From positions 326,893 to 390,892 of the forward strand of contig CAWEAD010000005.1 in the NCBI GenBank assembly GCA_963807225.1: DNA of 64,000 nt. Reading direction: 5' to 3'. Positions 29,980-47,471 of the stretch are shown one piece after another. The position numbers and the translations under genes were made by a program. Within the stretch, counting starts at the first letter, position 1; each line of letters starts with the position of its first letter. Below the pieces are notes generated by a model. That model was not told where the DNA came from and did not search any database. It worked only from the letters and a program-made list of their open reading frames with translations. This DNA is from an uncultured delta proteobacterium. GTDB taxonomy: Bacteria > Desulfobacterota > Desulfobulbia > Desulfobulbales > JAGXFP01.

Positions 29980-30312
29980 TTACTGCTCGTCCAGCACCAC
30001 AGTGATATGGCTGGATCTCTTCAAAATCCGGTTGGCCCTGCCTTGAGCCCGCGGCATAATCCTCTTCAACATCGGTCCGCCATCGATAAATATGGTCTTG
30101 ACGTAGAGGGTGTCCACATCGATCGCCTCGTTCTGGCTGGCATTGGCCAGCGCCGACTCGATCACCTTGCGAAGGATTCGCGCCCCTTTCTTGGGCATGA
30201 AACGCAGGGTATTGATGGCCGTTGCTACGTCTTTACCCCTTACCAGATCGGCAATAAGCCGAGCCTTCTGCGGCGAAATCCTGATTTGTCTGGCGAGTGC
30301 CTTGGCTTCCAT
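29980..30312 (-). CDS. rplV: 50S ribosomal protein L22
   Basis: [17 protein letters not shown]... Confidence 0.97.
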   Translation of the reverse strand: MEAKALARQIRISPQKARLIADLVRGKDVATAINTLRFMPKKGARILRKVIESALANASQNEAIDVDTLYVKTIFIDGGPMLKRIMPRAQGRANRILKRSSHITVVLDEQ

Positions 30313-30376
30313 TTGCTGAACTCTCCTTGTCGCAAACTTATTACTTCACCCCGACTGGCAGTCGGGTGACTGGTAG

Positions 30377-30652
30377 TTATTTCTTCCCTTTCTTGCCAAC
30401 GGCATGGCCAAAGTAGGTCCGAGTGGGAGAATATTCACCCAGTTTCTGACCCACCATGTTCTCGGAAACAAACACCGGAATGAACTTCTTGCCGTTATGA
30501 ACGGCCAGAGTCAGTCCCACCATTTCGGGAATGATATCGGAACGCCGCGACCAGGTCTTGATCACCTTACGGGAGTTGGTTTCTTTGGCACCCATCACCT
30601 TCTTCAACAGATGGCCATCAACAAACGGTCCTTTTTTTACGGAACGAGCCAC
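30377..30652 (-). CDS. rpsS: 30S ribosomal protein S19
   Basis: [12 protein letters not shown]...[10 protein letters not shown]; GTG start. Confidence 0.97.
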   Translation of the reverse strand: MARSVKKGPFVDGHLLKKVMGAKETNSRKVIKTWSRRSDIIPEMVGLTLAVHNGKKFIPVFVSENMVGQKLGEYSPTRTYFGHAVGKKGKK

Positions 30653-30667
30653 TTTATACCCCCTGTC

Positions 30668-31489
30668 CTATGACCTTTTGGTAACAATATATTTATCGGA
30701 CGGCTTACGCTTCTTGGTCTTGTAACCCTTGGCAGGAACACCCCAAGGGGAACATGGATGCCGACCGCCGGAGCTTTTACCCTCGCCACCGCCCATGGGA
30801 TGATCATGGGGGTTCATGGCTACACCGCGGACCTTAGGCCGACGTCCCAGCCATCGGCTGCGACCGGCTTTGCCCAACTTGCGGCGCTCATGCTCGATAT
30901 TGCCGATCTGACCGACGCTGGCCCGACATTCGCGATGAAACTTGCGAACCTCACCGGAAGGCAGCTTGACCAGCACATAATTGCCTTCCTTAGCCATTAA
31001 TTGCGCCGAAGTCCCGGCGCTTCTAACCAGCTGAGCACCCTTAGCGATCTTCATTTCGACGTTATGAATGATCGAGCCAAGCGGCATGTTGCCCATGGGC
31101 AGACAGTTGCCCGGCTTAATATCTACGGCATTACCGGCTTCCACCATGTCACCGACTTTCATGCCGACTGGGCAGATGATATAGCGTTTTTCCCCATCGG
31201 CATAGTTTAGCAAGGCGATGTTGGCGGAACGATTGGGATCGTATTCGATGGACGCAACCCGGGCTGGAATATCGACCTTGTTTCGTTTGAAATCGATCAT
31301 CCGGTACTTGCGCTTGTGTCCGCCGCCCAGATGTCTGGCGGTGACCCGGCCATTGTTATTACGCCCGCCCCGGTTATTCAGGATATGGACCAAGCTTTTC
31401 TCTGGTCTATCCTTGGATAGATCCGGATTAACTATGGTAACCAAAGTCCTTTTGCCCGGTGATGTCGGTGTATAGGTCTTAGTTGGCAT
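30668..31489 (-). CDS. rplB: 50S ribosomal protein L2
   Basis: [22 protein letters not shown]...HPMGGGEG. Confidence 0.97.
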   Translation of the reverse strand: MPTKTYTPTSPGKRTLVTIVNPDLSKDRPEKSLVHILNNRGGRNNNGRVTARHLGGGHKRKYRMIDFKRNKVDIPARVASIEYDPNRSANIALLNYADGEKRYIICPVGMKVGDMVEAGNAVDIKPGNCLPMGNMPLGSIIHNVEMKIAKGAQLVRSAGTSAQLMAKEGNYVLVKLPSGEVRKFHRECRASVGQIGNIEHERRKLGKAGRSRWLGRRPKVRGVAMNPHDHPMGGGEGKSSGGRHPCSPWGVPAKGYKTKKRKPSDKYIVTKRS

Positions 31490-31559
31490 TTCAAAAACCC
31501 CGATTTAAGTATTTACCACTGAATTATCAAGAACCAGGAAAACTAAAGCCAGAGTGAGG

Positions 31560-31850
31560 CTACAGATTCTCCAGGAAATCAATCTTGTGACCTTCGGTAA
31601 GGGTGACGATTGCTTTTTTCCAATCGCTGCGTCGACCGGCATATTTGCCTACCCTTTTTTCCTTCCCGTGCATATTGGCCGTTCTTACCTTATCGACCTG
31701 AACTTTGAAGAGCTTCTCAACGGCTTCCTTGATCTCCAGCTTATTTGCCCGAGGATCGACTTTGAAAACCACTTGGTTATGCTCTTCCTGAAGCCCCATG
31801 CCTTTCTCTGTCAGACATGGTTTCTTGACCACGGTGCAGATATTCTTCAT
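31560..31850 (-). CDS. rplW: 50S ribosomal protein L23
   Basis: 96 aa; KVVFKVDPRANKLEIKEAVEKLF. The ATG overlaps the rplD stop. Confidence 0.95.
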   Translation of the reverse strand: MKNICTVVKKPCLTEKGMGLQEEHNQVVFKVDPRANKLEIKEAVEKLFKVQVDKVRTANMHGKEKRVGKYAGRRSDWKKAIVTLTEGHKIDFLENL

Positions 31851-32470
31851 GACAGCAACCTCGCTTCCAGCTGACCGATAGTGGCCTTGGTCAGGACAAT
31901 TTTTCGATGCAACAGAATATCATAGACATTGAGCCCTATGGTTGGCAGCACCTTATAGCCGGGAACATTCCGAGAGGATTTCTCCAAATTAACGTTGTCC
32001 CCGTCGACAACAATCAGAGCATTATCGAAGGCGAAATTTTTCATGACCGAGAGAAAATCCTTGGTTTTAATCTGCTCAAGTTGGAAATCATCCAGAATCA
32101 GCAGATTTTCTTCGGCAAAACGTGAGCTCAGGGCCATGCATAATCCCAATTGGCGAACTTTGCGGGGCAATTTGTAACTATAATCGCGAGGTCTTGGACC
32201 AAAGACCGTGCCACCCCCACGCCATAAAGGCGACCGCTTTTGTCCGGCACGAGCTCTACCGGTCCCCTTCTGACGCCAAGGCTTGGCATTCGAACCGCGC
32301 ACTTCGGCCCGGGTCTTAGTGCAGGCCGTGCCGCTACGACGATTGGCAAGCTGCATTTTAACAATATCATGGAGAATGTGGGGTTTGACTTCAATGCCGA
32401 ATATCGATTCCGGCAACTCCACTTCTCCGATTTTTTCGTTTTTTATATTTTTTACTTCCGTGACGGCCAT
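31847..32470 (-). CDS. rplD: 50S ribosomal protein L4
   Basis: KPWRQKGTGRARAGQKRSPLWRGGG. Confidence 0.97.
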   Translation of the reverse strand: MAVTEVKNIKNEKIGEVELPESIFGIEVKPHILHDIVKMQLANRRSGTACTKTRAEVRGSNAKPWRQKGTGRARAGQKRSPLWRGGGTVFGPRPRDYSYKLPRKVRQLGLCMALSSRFAEENLLILDDFQLEQIKTKDFLSVMKNFAFDNALIVVDGDNVNLEKSSRNVPGYKVLPTIGLNVYDILLHRKIVLTKATIGQLEARLLS

Positions 32471-32546
32471 TTTCTGGCACCCCCAACTTAATTAGTCGCT
32501 GGTCTTTTTACCCTGTACGGGCACGCATCCGGTCCCGTACCGGGGG

Positions 32547-33176
32547 CTATTTCTTATAGATCTGAACCACACTCTGCTTGGCGCCGGGCAAAGAACCCTT
32601 GACCAGCATGACGTTGCTTTCCGGGCGGACATCGACAACCATGACATTTTTTTTGGTCACCAAAGCATTACCCATCCGCCCCGGCATCTTCTTGCCCTTG
32701 ATGACCCGGCTGGGATAGGCACTACAACCTATGGAGCCCGGAGCCCGATGGAACATGGAACCATGGGTTTTACCACCACCCTTGAAACCATGCCGTTTGA
32801 TCACGCCCTGGAAGCCGCGACCTTTGCTTAGACCGCTGACATCAACCAGCTCCCCGACTTTAAAGAGATCGGCAACTTGAATTTCCTGGCCGAGCTCATA
32901 CTTATCAATTTCGCTGACCCGGAATTCCTTGATGTGATAAAACCCGCCCTTACCAGCGGCCTTGACATGGCCGGCCATGGGTTTACTGAGCCGACTTTCC
33001 CTCTTGCTGCCGAAGCCGACCTGGATGGCGTTGTATCCTTCCTTCTCAACACTTTTCTTTTGGAGAACGATACAAGGTCCGGTTTCGATGGCGGTGACCG
33101 CAATGGCGGCGCCAGCCTCGGAATAAACCCTGGTCATACCGACCTTTTTCCCCAACATTCCCAGTTTATTAGGCAT
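32547..33176 (-). CDS. rplC: 50S ribosomal protein L3
   Basis: LGKKVGMTRVY...SKGRGFQGVIKRHGF. Confidence 0.97.
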   Translation of the reverse strand: MPNKLGMLGKKVGMTRVYSEAGAAIAVTAIETGPCIVLQKKSVEKEGYNAIQVGFGSKRESRLSKPMAGHVKAAGKGGFYHIKEFRVSEIDKYELGQEIQVADLFKVGELVDVSGLSKGRGFQGVIKRHGFKGGGKTHGSMFHRAPGSIGCSAYPSRVIKGKKMPGRMGNALVTKKNVMVVDVRPESNVMLVKGSLPGAKQSVVQIYKK

Positions 33177-33199
33177 TTTCTCAACCTGACAGTTTGAAT

Positions 33200-33511
33200 T
33201 TACAGCTTAATCTCGACATCAACACCGGCCGATAACTGCAGTTTCATCAAGGCATCGATGGTCTGCTGAGTCGGCTCCATAATATCGAGAAGCCGCCGAT
33301 GAGTCCGCATTTCAAACTGCTCACGCGATTTCTTATCGACGTGTGGTGAACGCAGAACACAGTATTTGTTGATGGATGTTGGCAGCGGAATTGGCCCGGC
33401 AATACTGGCCCCGGTCCGCTTAGCGGTATCAACAATCTCCATGGTCGACTTGTCCAGCAGCTTGTGATCGTAGCCCTTAAGTCTGATCCTAATTTTTTGA
33501 GTCGGCAGCAT
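33200..33511 (-). CDS. rpsJ: 30S ribosomal protein S10
   Basis: [14 protein letters not shown]...GPIPLPT. Confidence 0.97.
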   Translation of the reverse strand: MLPTQKIRIRLKGYDHKLLDKSTMEIVDTAKRTGASIAGPIPLPTSINKYCVLRSPHVDKKSREQFEMRTHRRLLDIMEPTQQTIDALMKLQLSAGVDVEIKL

Positions 33512-33523
33512 TATAATTCACCC

Positions 33524-34714
<1,191 letters not shown>

Positions 34715-34753
34715 GATCTTGTCCTCTGTGTTCCTTACCTAACTCGGCTTAAC

Positions 34754-36838
34754 TTATATATAACCTTTGATCCTCTTGATGATCTGTTCGGCAACTCGAC
34801 CAGGTACCAGGTCGTAGGTTGCGTACTGCATGGTAAAACTGGCCCGTCCCTGAGTGGCGGAACGCAACGAGGTGGAATATCCGAACATTTCGGCCAGCGG
34901 CACCTGAGCCTTCACCACCTGCAGACCCTCCAGACCTGGTTCCATTCCCAGGATTCTGGCCCGTTTACTGTTCAAGTCGCCAATCACATCGCCCAGACTG
35001 GCTTCCGGCAGGATGATTTCCAGTTCCATGATCGGTTCCAGCAAGACCGACCCGGCCTGTTCCAATGCCTTACGGAAAGCCATGTTGGCGGCCACCCCGA
35101 AAGCTTGCTCGGAGGAATGGTCCTCGTGGTATGAACCATCCACCAGGCTGACCCGAAGATCAACTACCGGAAATCCAATCAGGACTCCGGAATCCAGACT
35201 ATCTTTAATCCCACGTTCAATGGCGGGAAGATACTCGGCCGGGATGCTATCCGGCTTGATTCGATTTTCAAACTCGTAACCGGCTCCTCTTTCCAGAGGC
35301 GATACTTCCAGCCAGACATGTCCGTAATGCGCCTTACCAGCCACCTGGTGCTCGAAGAGCCCTTCGCCCCGGCCCGTCGTTTCAATGGTCTCCTTATAGG
35401 CGACCTGCGGCTTGCCGACATTGGCAGCGACCTTGAATTCCCGCAACAACCGGTCGACGATAATCTCGAGATGCAGTTCGCCCATCCCCGAAATAATGGT
35501 CTGGCCGGAATCAGGATCCTTCTTTACCAGAAACGAGGGATCCTCAAGGGCAACTTTATCCAGAGCGGTTTGCAGCTTGTCCTCGTCCGCCGTACTTCTG
35601 GGCTCAATAGCCGTGGAGATCACCGGTTCAGGGAAGTCCATGGTCTCGAGACGAATATTGTCTCCGGATTCACAAAGTGTGTCACCGGTGCTGGTAAACT
35701 TCAAGCCGACCAAGGCAGCGATATCGCCGGTCTCGATCTCCTTGACCTCTTCACGCTTGTTGGCGTGCATTTTGAGGATCCGGCCGATCTTTTCCTGCTT
35801 GTGCTTGACCGAGTTAAAAACCTTGTCCCCGGAATGCAAGCGCCCTGAGTAAACCCGCAGATAAGTAAGCTTATCGACAAACGGGTCACTGGCAAGCTTG
35901 AAGGCCAGACCGCAGAACTTCTCAGTACTGCTGGCCTCCCGGATCAACACCTCACCGTCGGGTCCATGCCCCTCAACCGGCGGTACTTCAACCGGTGAAG
36001 GCAGGTAATCGACAATGGCGTCGAGCAGCGGCTGCACCCCCTTATTCTTGAAGGCGCTACCACAAAGGACCGGCACTACCTGACTGTTCAATGTTGCTTT
36101 ACGAACAGCCCTTTTGATCTCCTCAACGGAGATCACTTGTTCTTCCAGGTATTTTTCCATGACTCCCTCATCGAAGTCGGCCAACTTCTCGAGGAGAGCC
36201 ATCCGTGCGGCCGTGGTTTGATCTTTGAATTCCTCAGGGACCGGCAGTTTGACTACCGTGGCACCTTGAGTTGCCTCATCGAAGGTTAGCAGTTGCTCAC
36301 CGATGAGGTCGATAACTCCTTTAAAATTTTCTTCACTTCCCACCGGCAGTTGCAAGGGGAGAGGATTTCCTCCCAACCTCCGCCTGATCATCTCCAGACA
36401 GCGCTCGTAATTTGCGCCGGTCCGATCCATCTTGTTGACGAAGGCGATCCGGGGTATTGCGTATTTATCGGCCTGCCGCCAAACAGTCTCCGACTGGGGC
36501 TCAACACCCCCGACGGCACAAAATACTGCGATGGCGCCATCCAACACCCGCAGGCAACGTTCCACCTCAATGGTGAAATCGACATGCCCGGGTGTGTCAA
36601 TAATATTTATTGTATGCTCACGCCAGTAGCAGGTGGTAGCGGCGGAAGTAATGGTTATGCCGCGTTCCTGTTCCTGTTCCATCCAGTCCATGACAGCAGC
36701 GCCATCATGGACTTCGCCGATCTTATGCGAGCGACCGGTATAAAAAAGAATCCTCTCGGTAGTTGTCGTCTTGCCCGCATCGATGTGGGCCATGATGCCT
36801 ATATTGCGCAAGCGTGCAAGCACAGCCTTGGAAGACAC
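34754..36838 (-). CDS. fusA: elongation factor G
   Basis: 694 aa; [30 protein letters not shown] start immediately after an in-frame TAA. Confidence 0.97.
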   Translation of the reverse strand: MSSKAVLARLRNIGIMAHIDAGKTTTTERILFYTGRSHKIGEVHDGAAVMDWMEQEQERGITITSAATTCYWREHTINIIDTPGHVDFTIEVERCLRVLDGAIAVFCAVGGVEPQSETVWRQADKYAIPRIAFVNKMDRTGANYERCLEMIRRRLGGNPLPLQLPVGSEENFKGVIDLIGEQLLTFDEATQGATVVKLPVPEEFKDQTTAARMALLEKLADFDEGVMEKYLEEQVISVEEIKRAVRKATLNSQVVPVLCGSAFKNKGVQPLLDAIVDYLPSPVEVPPVEGHGPDGEVLIREASSTEKFCGLAFKLASDPFVDKLTYLRVYSGRLHSGDKVFNSVKHKQEKIGRILKMHANKREEVKEIETGDIAALVGLKFTSTGDTLCESGDNIRLETMDFPEPVISTAIEPRSTADEDKLQTALDKVALEDPSFLVKKDPDSGQTIISGMGELHLEIIVDRLLREFKVAANVGKPQVAYKETIETTGRGEGLFEHQVAGKAHYGHVWLEVSPLERGAGYEFENRIKPDSIPAEYLPAIERGIKDSLDSGVLIGFPVVDLRVSLVDGSYHEDHSSEQAFGVAANMAFRKALEQAGSVLLEPIMELEIILPEASLGDVIGDLNSKRARILGMEPGLEGLQVVKAQVPLAEMFGYSTSLRSATQGRASFTMQYATYDLVPGRVAEQIIKRIKGYI

Positions 36839-36929
36839 AACTTATACCGTTCCCGTTTAATCCGATTTTTCTCACCAGGTTCATCTCCGGCCTCAAGCAC
36901 GGGCCTATCGCTTCGAGAGAGAAAGAGGC

Positions 36930-36958
36930 TATTTATCCCAGTAACGCGGATTTGTCAA
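36930..36958 (-). promoter_or_regulatory. candidate sigma70-type promoter in the rpsG-fusA spacer
   Basis: Minus-sense TTGACA-N17-TAAATA inside an unusually long 151-nt spacer. Motif match only. Confidence 0.3.
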
Positions 36959-36989
36959 TCGCTGACTGCCAAAACCGGAAAAAATCTTC

Positions 36990-37463
36990 CTACCAGCGGT
37001 AATGAGCGAAGGCCTTGTTGGCATCAGCCATCTTATGAGTATCCTCACGCTTCTTCACGGCTGCACCACGGCTATTAAAGGCATCGATCAATTCACCGGC
37101 CAGCTTTTCAGCCATAGTCCGCCCGGAACGCTTAGCGGAAAAGCCAACCAGCCAACGAATAGCCAGGGCATTGCGTCGTTCGGTCCGGACTTCGACCGGC
37201 ACCTGATAGGTGGCACCACCGACCCGTCGAGACTTGACCTCGACCCGGGGCCGCACCTTGTCCATGGCCTTCTCGAAAACCTCAAGCGGCTCGTTCTCGG
37301 AAACCTTTTTGGCAACGATATCCATGGCGTCATAGAATATCGTCCGCGCCACCGATTTCTTCCCCCGCTCCATCAGGCCATTTATGAACTTGGAGACCAG
37401 GACACTGTTGAAGCGCGGATCCTGAATAATCTGCCGTTTGGCAACAAGCTTACGTCTGGGCAT
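36990..37463 (-). CDS. rpsG: 30S ribosomal protein S7
   Basis: [20 protein letters not shown]... Confidence 0.97.
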   Translation of the reverse strand: MPRRKLVAKRQIIQDPRFNSVLVSKFINGLMERGKKSVARTIFYDAMDIVAKKVSENEPLEVFEKAMDKVRPRVEVKSRRVGGATYQVPVEVRTERRNALAIRWLVGFSAKRSGRTMAEKLAGELIDAFNSRGAAVKKREDTHKMADANKAFAHYRW

Positions 37464-37474
37464 CTGACAACTCC

Positions 37475-37846
37475 TTATTTAGGACGTTTGGCACCGTACT
37501 TGGACCGACCCTGGCGCCGCTCGGAAACACCAAGCGTATCGAGGGTACCCCGGACAATGTGATAACGAACACCGGGTAAGTCCTTAACGCGGCCGCCACG
37601 AATCAGCACCACCGAGTGCTCCTGCAGGTTATGACCGACGCCGGGGATATATGAAGTTACCTCAATGCCGTTGGTCAACCTGACCCTGGCCACTTTCCGG
37701 AGAGCGGAGTTGGGCTTTTTGGGGGTGGTTGTATAGACCCTGACACAAACCCCGCGTTTCTGCGGAGAGCCTTGCAAGGCCGGGGTATTGGTGCGCTTGA
37801 CCGCCTTTTTGCGGCCGTGCCTTACCAGTTGGTTGATGGTTGGCAT
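37475..37846 (-). CDS. rpsL: 30S ribosomal protein S12
   Basis: [13 protein letters not shown]...[14 protein letters not shown]. Confidence 0.97.
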   Translation of the reverse strand: MPTINQLVRHGRKKAVKRTNTPALQGSPQKRGVCVRVYTTTPKKPNSALRKVARVRLTNGIEVTSYIPGVGHNLQEHSVVLIRGGRVKDLPGVRYHIVRGTLDTLGVSERRQGRSKYGAKRPK

Positions 37847-37991
37847 TTACTCAAACTCCAAGTTTTGCTTTTTTTATGACGACTCACCCAATTGGGAGTC
37901 ACCGATATCGTCTAGGACAGCGACCTCTAACAGCGGATTCGCCACCGGTCCCTATTACTGATTATCCCAAGCCAGAAACAAAGAAACGCGA

Positions 37992-38020
37992 TAAATAATC
38001 TATCCTCTACTGGTTGTCAA
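37992..38020 (-). promoter_or_regulatory. candidate str-operon promoter
   Basis: Minus-sense TTGACA-N17-TATTTA, ~140 nt upstream of rpsL and downstream of a hairpin after rpoC. Motif match only. Confidence 0.35.
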
Positions 38021-38081
38021 GGAAATATCACCTCCGCCAAACCTGCGGGACAGGGTGATGTTCCGTTTGCTCATAACCTTC

Positions 38082-42140
<4,059 letters not shown>

Positions 42141-42200
42141 GGCTCACACCTTTTGTCCGATTTTATTCAGAAAACTAGCCCCGTCAGTCGGCGCCCACAT

Positions 42201-45200
42201 TCAGTCGTCGAGCAACTCCATGTCAAGGCACAACCCCTGCAACTCCTTGACCAGAACGTGGAAGGACTCGGGCAGGCCGGCCTCCAGGAAATTATCGCCC
42301 TTGACGATTCCTTCATACATCTTGGTCCGGCCATTGACATCGTCAGACTTGACGGTCAAGAATTCCTGCAGAGTATAGGCCGCACCATAAGCTTCCATGG
42401 CCCAGACTTCCATTTCGCCGAGCCGCTGGCCGCCGAACTGAGCCTTGCCACCCAGCGGCTGCTGGGTAACCAGGGAGTAAGGACCGGTGGAACGGGCATG
42501 GATCTTATTGTCGACCAAGTGATGCAATTTCATCATATACATGACTCCGACGGTCACCTGATTGGCGAACTTCTCGCCGGATAGTCCGTCGTACAAAGTA
42601 GCCTGGCCGACTTCGTCCACTCCGGCCTCAACCAGCAACCGGCGAATTTCACCCTCATTGGCTCCATCAAAGACGGGGGTGGCCATGTGCAACCCGGGGC
42701 CCAAACGTTGAGCCATGGTCAGCAGATCGTCGTCACTCAACTTGTCGGTGAGTTGCTTATATTCCTCGGCAGAGTAAATCTCTTTCAAGCGTTTCTTGAT
42801 TTCTTTAAGATCCCGGCGCTCAGCTAAGCCCTGGATCTGCTCGCCAAGTCTTTTCGCCGCCAACCCAAGGTGCGTTTCCAATACCTGACCGACGTTCATA
42901 CGGGAGGGAACACCCAAGGGATTCAAGACCACATCCACCGGGGTACCGTCGGCAAAGTAGGGCAGGTCTTCTTCCGGCAGGATCCGCGAGACGACACCCT
43001 TATTACCGTGCCGACCGGCCATCTTGTCGCCCACCGATAGCTTACGTTTGGTAGCCACATAAACCTTGACCATCTTAATGACCCCAGGCGCCAGCTCGTC
43101 TCCCTTTCGGAGCCTTTCCACACGGGCCTGACTTTTTTCGATGACCAGCTTCTTCTGGTTCTCATAGCTGTCCAGCACCTTGGTGATCATTTCCTCGACC
43201 TTGGCGCGGCCGGAGAAATCGACCTTCTTGAGACTGGCCAGGGAGAGTTCCGTCAAGGCTTCGGCGGTGATGGCCTGACCTTTCTTGATCAACACCTCAC
43301 CTTTCTTGGCCGAGATATTGGCACCAGCCTTTTTATCGACCATCTGGTCGACCAGACGATTCTTAACCGCCTTTTCCAGGCAGCTCAGTTCATCCTCCAT
43401 CTCCTTTTCCAGGATCGCCGCCTCGGCATCATCAATAGTCCTAGCCCGCTCATCCTTCTCGGCTCCCTTGCGAGAGAAAACCTTGGCTTCGATCACCACC
43501 CCCTCAATCCCAGGTGGGACCCGCAGGGAGGTATCCTTGACATCACCGGCCTTCTCACCAAAGATGGCGCGCAATAGCTTCTCTTCAGGTGACAACTGTG
43601 TCTCACCCTTGGGGGTAACCTTGCCGACCAAAGTATCACCAGGTTTCACCTCGGCCCCGATCCGCACCACCCCACTGTCATCCAGGTTGCGCATAGCCTC
43701 CTCGCTGACATTGGGAATATCGCGGGTGATTTCTTCCTTGCCCAGCTTGGTGTCACGGGCCACGGTCTCAAAGACCTCTATGTGCAAGGAGGTAAAAGTA
43801 TCGTCCTTGAGCAGCCGTTCGCTCAACAGAATCGAATCCTCAAAGTTGTAGCCCCGCCAGGGCATGAAGGCGATAGTGATGTTTTTACCCAAGGCCAATT
43901 CACCTTGGTCGCAAGCCGGTCCGTCGGCCAGGAGTTGGCCCTTGAGCACCCGCTGCCCCGGTAAAACCACCGGCTTCTGGTTGAAGCAGGTGTTCTGGTT
44001 GGATTTTTTGTATTTTTCCAGACGATAAATGCCGATCCCGGTTGCAAAGCCATCGGTGTCAGGCTCGTCGTAGCGGATCACGATCCGGTTGCCATCCACC
44101 TCTTCAACAATACCGTCGCCTCCGGCCAGCAGGCAGACTCCGGAGTCCATGGCCACCGTCCTTTCCAGACCGGTACCGACCAGAGGAGCCGCGGTGCGCA
44201 ACAGCGGCACGCCCTGGCGCTGCATGTTGGAACCCATCAAGGCCCGGTTGGCATCATCGTTTTCCAGGAAGGGCACCAGGGAGGCAGCAACGCTGACCAG
44301 CTGATTGGGAGAGACATCCATGAAGGTTACCCGGTCGCTGGAGACAAAGCCCACCTCACCATCCTCCCGGGCAATCATGCTGTCCTCGGCAATTTTGCCA
44401 CCCTTGGTGATCTCGACTTTGGCCGGGGCAATCACGCAACCTGCCTCGTCCAACGCCGTCATATATTTAAAATTATTTGTTATTTTACGATTCACTACTT
44501 CCCGATAGGGCGTTTCGATAAACCCGTACTGATTGACCTTGGCGTAAGTAGCCATTGAGACGATCAGGCCGATATTAGGCCCCTCCGGGGTTTCTACCGG
44601 ACAGATCCGCCCATAATGAGTGGGGTGAACGTCGCGAACTTCAAAACCGGCCCTTTCCCTGGACAAACCGCCAGGCCCTAAAGCACTGAGGCGCCGCTTA
44701 TGGGTAACCTCGGAGAGCGGGTTGGTCTGATCCATGAATTGGGAAAGCTGGCTGGTCCCGAAAAATTCCTTGATCGCCGCAGTAATCGGTTTGGGATTGA
44801 CCAGATCATGGGGCATCAGGGTCTCGATCTCCTGGATGCTCATCCGTTCCCGAATGGCGCGTTCCATTCTCACCAAGCCCATGCGGTACTGATTCTCGAT
44901 CAATTCGCCGACCGTACGCACCCGCCGGTTGCCCAAGTGATCGATATCGTCGACCTCGCCTTGCCGGTCACGCAGCTTGACCAGTTCGCGGACGCTCATC
45001 ATGATGTCGTCCTTGGTCAGGGTGCAGTGATTAATGTCGGTATCCACTCCCAGCTTGGCGTTCAGCTTGAATCGACCAACCACCGACAGGTCGTAGGTAT
45101 CTTTATTGAAGAAGAGGTTATCAAGAAACTGGGTAGCCACCTCCGTTGTGGGTGGGCTGCTGGGCCGCAAGCGACGATAGATCTCAATCAAGGCCTCGGC

Positions 45201-46289
45201 CGGGGTCTGGGCCTTGTCGAGAAGCATGGTCTTACGGAAAGAATCGGTGACGTTGACGCCGTCAATGGCCAGGAGAGACAGATTCTTGATTTTCAGCTCA
45301 GCCAGCTCGGCCAGCATTGATTCGGTTAATTCGGTGTTGCAGGGCAACACCACTTCGCCGGTCTTGGGATTGACTATATCATGGGCCACCACTTTAGTGG
45401 CCAACTGAGCCACCGGAATGTTGATCTTGTCAACTCCGGCTTCGGTCATTTTCTTAGCCCGGGTCATTCCGATCTTCTGGTTGGCCTTCAACAACAATTC
45501 ACCGGTTTCAGGATGGACAATGTCCACCGGAGCCCTTTGTCCCACGGCCGTCTGAGGATCGAACTTCATGAAGGCCTGATCACCCTTGATCGTAACCTCC
45601 TCAATTTCGTAGAAATAGCGCAGCAGTTCCTCGGTATTGTAGCCCAGTGACTTGAGCAGGGTCGAAACCGGAAATTTCCGGCGCCGATCGATCCTGACAT
45701 AGAGGATATCCTTGGCATCATATTCGAGATCAATCCAGGAACCACGAACCGGGATGATCCGAGCGGAATAAAGCCTCTTGCCACCGGCATGGGTCTTGCC
45801 GCTGTCATGGCTGTAGAAAAGCCCGGGCGACCTTTGCAACTGGCTGACGATAACCCGCTCGGTGCCGTTGATCACAAAGACCCCGGTCTTGGTCATCAGA
45901 GGAATGCTACCCAGATAAACCGCCTGTTCCTTGATGTCGCGAATGGTCTTGACCCCGGTTTCCTTATCAAGGTCGTTGGTAACCAGCCGCACGGTAATTT
46001 TCACCGGCACATCGAAGGTCATCCCCCGTTCCACACATTCTTCCACTGTGTACTTAGGTTCGCCGAAGGTGTAATTGACAAACTCCAGGGAACAGGTGCC
46101 GTTGAAATCCTCGATCGGGAAGACACTCTTGAAAATTGACTGCAGGCCCATATCCTCACGTTGATCATGAGCGACCATGTACTGCAGAAACTTTTCGTAT
46201 GACAAGCGCTGCATCTCGATAAGATGCGGCTTCTCGACAATTTCACCGAATTTAGCAAAGCTTTTTCTGACTCGTTTAATCATGTTCAT
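42201..46289 (-). CDS. rpoB: DNA-directed RNA polymerase subunit beta
   Basis: 1362 aa with conserved beta-subunit blocks ([21 protein letters not shown]). Confidence 0.98.
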   Translation of the reverse strand: MNMIKRVRKSFAKFGEIVEKPHLIEMQRLSYEKFLQYMVAHDQREDMGLQSIFKSVFPIEDFNGTCSLEFVNYTFGEPKYTVEECVERGMTFDVPVKITVRLVTNDLDKETGVKTIRDIKEQAVYLGSIPLMTKTGVFVINGTERVIVSQLQRSPGLFYSHDSGKTHAGGKRLYSARIIPVRGSWIDLEYDAKDILYVRIDRRRKFPVSTLLKSLGYNTEELLRYFYEIEEVTIKGDQAFMKFDPQTAVGQRAPVDIVHPETGELLLKANQKIGMTRAKKMTEAGVDKINIPVAQLATKVVAHDIVNPKTGEVVLPCNTELTESMLAELAELKIKNLSLLAIDGVNVTDSFRKTMLLDKAQTPAEALIEIYRRLRPSSPPTTEVATQFLDNLFFNKDTYDLSVVGRFKLNAKLGVDTDINHCTLTKDDIMMSVRELVKLRDRQGEVDDIDHLGNRRVRTVGELIENQYRMGLVRMERAIRERMSIQEIETLMPHDLVNPKPITAAIKEFFGTSQLSQFMDQTNPLSEVTHKRRLSALGPGGLSRERAGFEVRDVHPTHYGRICPVETPEGPNIGLIVSMATYAKVNQYGFIETPYREVVNRKITNNFKYMTALDEAGCVIAPAKVEITKGGKIAEDSMIAREDGEVGFVSSDRVTFMDVSPNQLVSVAASLVPFLENDDANRALMGSNMQRQGVPLLRTAAPLVGTGLERTVAMDSGVCLLAGGDGIVEEVDGNRIVIRYDEPDTDGFATGIGIYRLEKYKKSNQNTCFNQKPVVLPGQRVLKGQLLADGPACDQGELALGKNITIAFMPWRGYNFEDSILLSERLLKDDTFTSLHIEVFETVARDTKLGKEEITRDIPNVSEEAMRNLDDSGVVRIGAEVKPGDTLVGKVTPKGETQLSPEEKLLRAIFGEKAGDVKDTSLRVPPGIEGVVIEAKVFSRKGAEKDERARTIDDAEAAILEKEMEDELSCLEKAVKNRLVDQMVDKKAGANISAKKGEVLIKKGQAITAEALTELSLASLKKVDFSGRAKVEEMITKVLDSYENQKKLVIEKSQARVERLRKGDELAPGVIKMVKVYVATKRKLSVGDKMAGRHGNKGVVSRILPEEDLPYFADGTPVDVVLNPLGVPSRMNVGQVLETHLGLAAKRLGEQIQGLAERRDLKEIKKRLKEIYSAEEYKQLTDKLSDDDLLTMAQRLGPGLHMATPVFDGANEGEIRRLLVEAGVDEVGQATLYDGLSGEKFANQVTVGVMYMMKLHHLVDNKIHARSTGPYSLVTQQPLGGKAQFGGQRLGEMEVWAMEAYGAAYTLQEFLTVKSDDVNGRTKMYEGIVKGDNFLEAGLPESFHVLVKELQGLCLDMELLDD

Positions 46290-46442
46290 TAAGCATCGCC
46301 CTCGTCAAATTAACTCCTGTGCGGTTCATGCGCTCCCTGATGCGGTTCCTTACCAGGCTACCACCACCGGTTTCAGACCGGGAAATAAAAACGCAATAAA
46401 CGCCACGAGGGCTTTTAACTCCCCGTAGCGTTCGACATCCGG

Positions 46443-46508
46443 CTGCCAGTATCATGAGGCGACTGGCAGTTCGGCGCCGCCAGGCCCCATGGGGAGCCCG
46501 GCGGCGCC
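46443..46508 (-). promoter_or_regulatory. two stable stem-loops in the rplL-rpoB spacer (attenuator/processing-site candidate)
   Basis: Perfect 8-bp stem CTGCCAGT/ACTGGCAG (46443-46469). A ~16-bp GC stem GGCGCCGCC.GGC.CCCC / GGGG.C.GGCGGCGCC (46473-46508). No clear T run. Confidence 0.4.
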
Positions 46509-46526
46509 ATCATAACTGATATGTAA

Positions 46527-46907
46527 TTACTTGATCTCGACGGTACCGCCGGCAGCCTCGATTTTGGCCTTAATCTCATCGGCCTCAGCTTTGGAGACGC
46601 CCTGTTTGACCGCCTGAGGGGCACCTTCAACCATATCCTTCGCTTCCTTCAGACCCAGAGAGGTGATGGCCCGAACCTCTTTGATAACCCCAATTTTCTT
46701 GTCACCGGCAGAAACCAGGATGACGTCAAACTCGGTCTTCTCTTCGGCAGCGGCAACATCACCACCGGCAGCAGGAGCGGCGGCCATGGCCATGGGAGCG
46801 GCAGCGGATACCCCAAACTTCTCTTCCAGTTCTTTAACCAGTTCAGAGAGTTCAAGCACGGTCATATTGGAGATAAACTCGACAACATCTTCTTTCGTAG
46901 CAGCCAT
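46527..46907 (-). CDS. rplL: 50S ribosomal protein L7/L12
   Basis: Ala-rich hinge plus [24 protein letters not shown]. Confidence 0.97.
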   Translation of the reverse strand: MAATKEDVVEFISNMTVLELSELVKELEEKFGVSAAAPMAMAAAPAAGGDVAAAEEKTEFDVILVSAGDKKIGVIKEVRAITSLGLKEAKDMVEGAPQAVKQGVSKAEADEIKAKIEAAGGTVEIK

Positions 46908-46949
46908 GATAAATTCCTCCAGGAATAAATTAACTTGTTAACAAGACTA

Positions 46950-47471
46950 TCAGGCCTGACCTTTCTTGTCGGCCAATCCATTTAGCAAATAAAGCATCTT
47001 GGTGGGTACGCCATTCAGTACCCGGACAAAGCTGGTGGGTACGGCATTCATCACCGAGAGCAATTGGCCCAGCAACACCTCACGGCTCGGCAGGATGGAA
47101 AGAGCCACCAGGTCCGAAGCCGAAAGAGTCTTGCCGTCCATTGATGCCATCCGGATTGCAAAATCTGGGTGGCCCTTGATAAAACCGGTCAGAACCTTGG
47201 CGGGCGCAACCGGATCATCATAAGAGATGGCCACAGCTGTGGAACCCTTGAAGAACTCGCCCATGCCTTCAAACGAAGTGCCCTGAACAGCCCTTCTCAG
47301 CAAGGTATTCTTCGCGACCCGGATTTCAGCGTTGTTTTTCTTCAACTCACGCCGCAGCCCTTCCAAGGCATTTACGGACATTCCCCGGTAGTCGGTGACA
47401 ATGGCAATTTTCGCCTTGGCGAACTTGTCACTGAGTTCTTCGACTATCGAAGCTTTTTCCTCTCGCTTCAA
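46950..47471 (-). CDS. rplJ: 50S ribosomal protein L10
   Basis: KAKIAIVTDYRGMSVNALEGLRRELK; TTG start 10 nt after GAGGAGG. Confidence 0.96.
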   Translation of the reverse strand: MKREEKASIVEELSDKFAKAKIAIVTDYRGMSVNALEGLRRELKKNNAEIRVAKNTLLRRAVQGTSFEGMGEFFKGSTAVAISYDDPVAPAKVLTGFIKGHPDFAIRMASMDGKTLSASDLVALSILPSREVLLGQLLSVMNAVPTSFVRVLNGVPTKMLYLLNGLADKKGQA

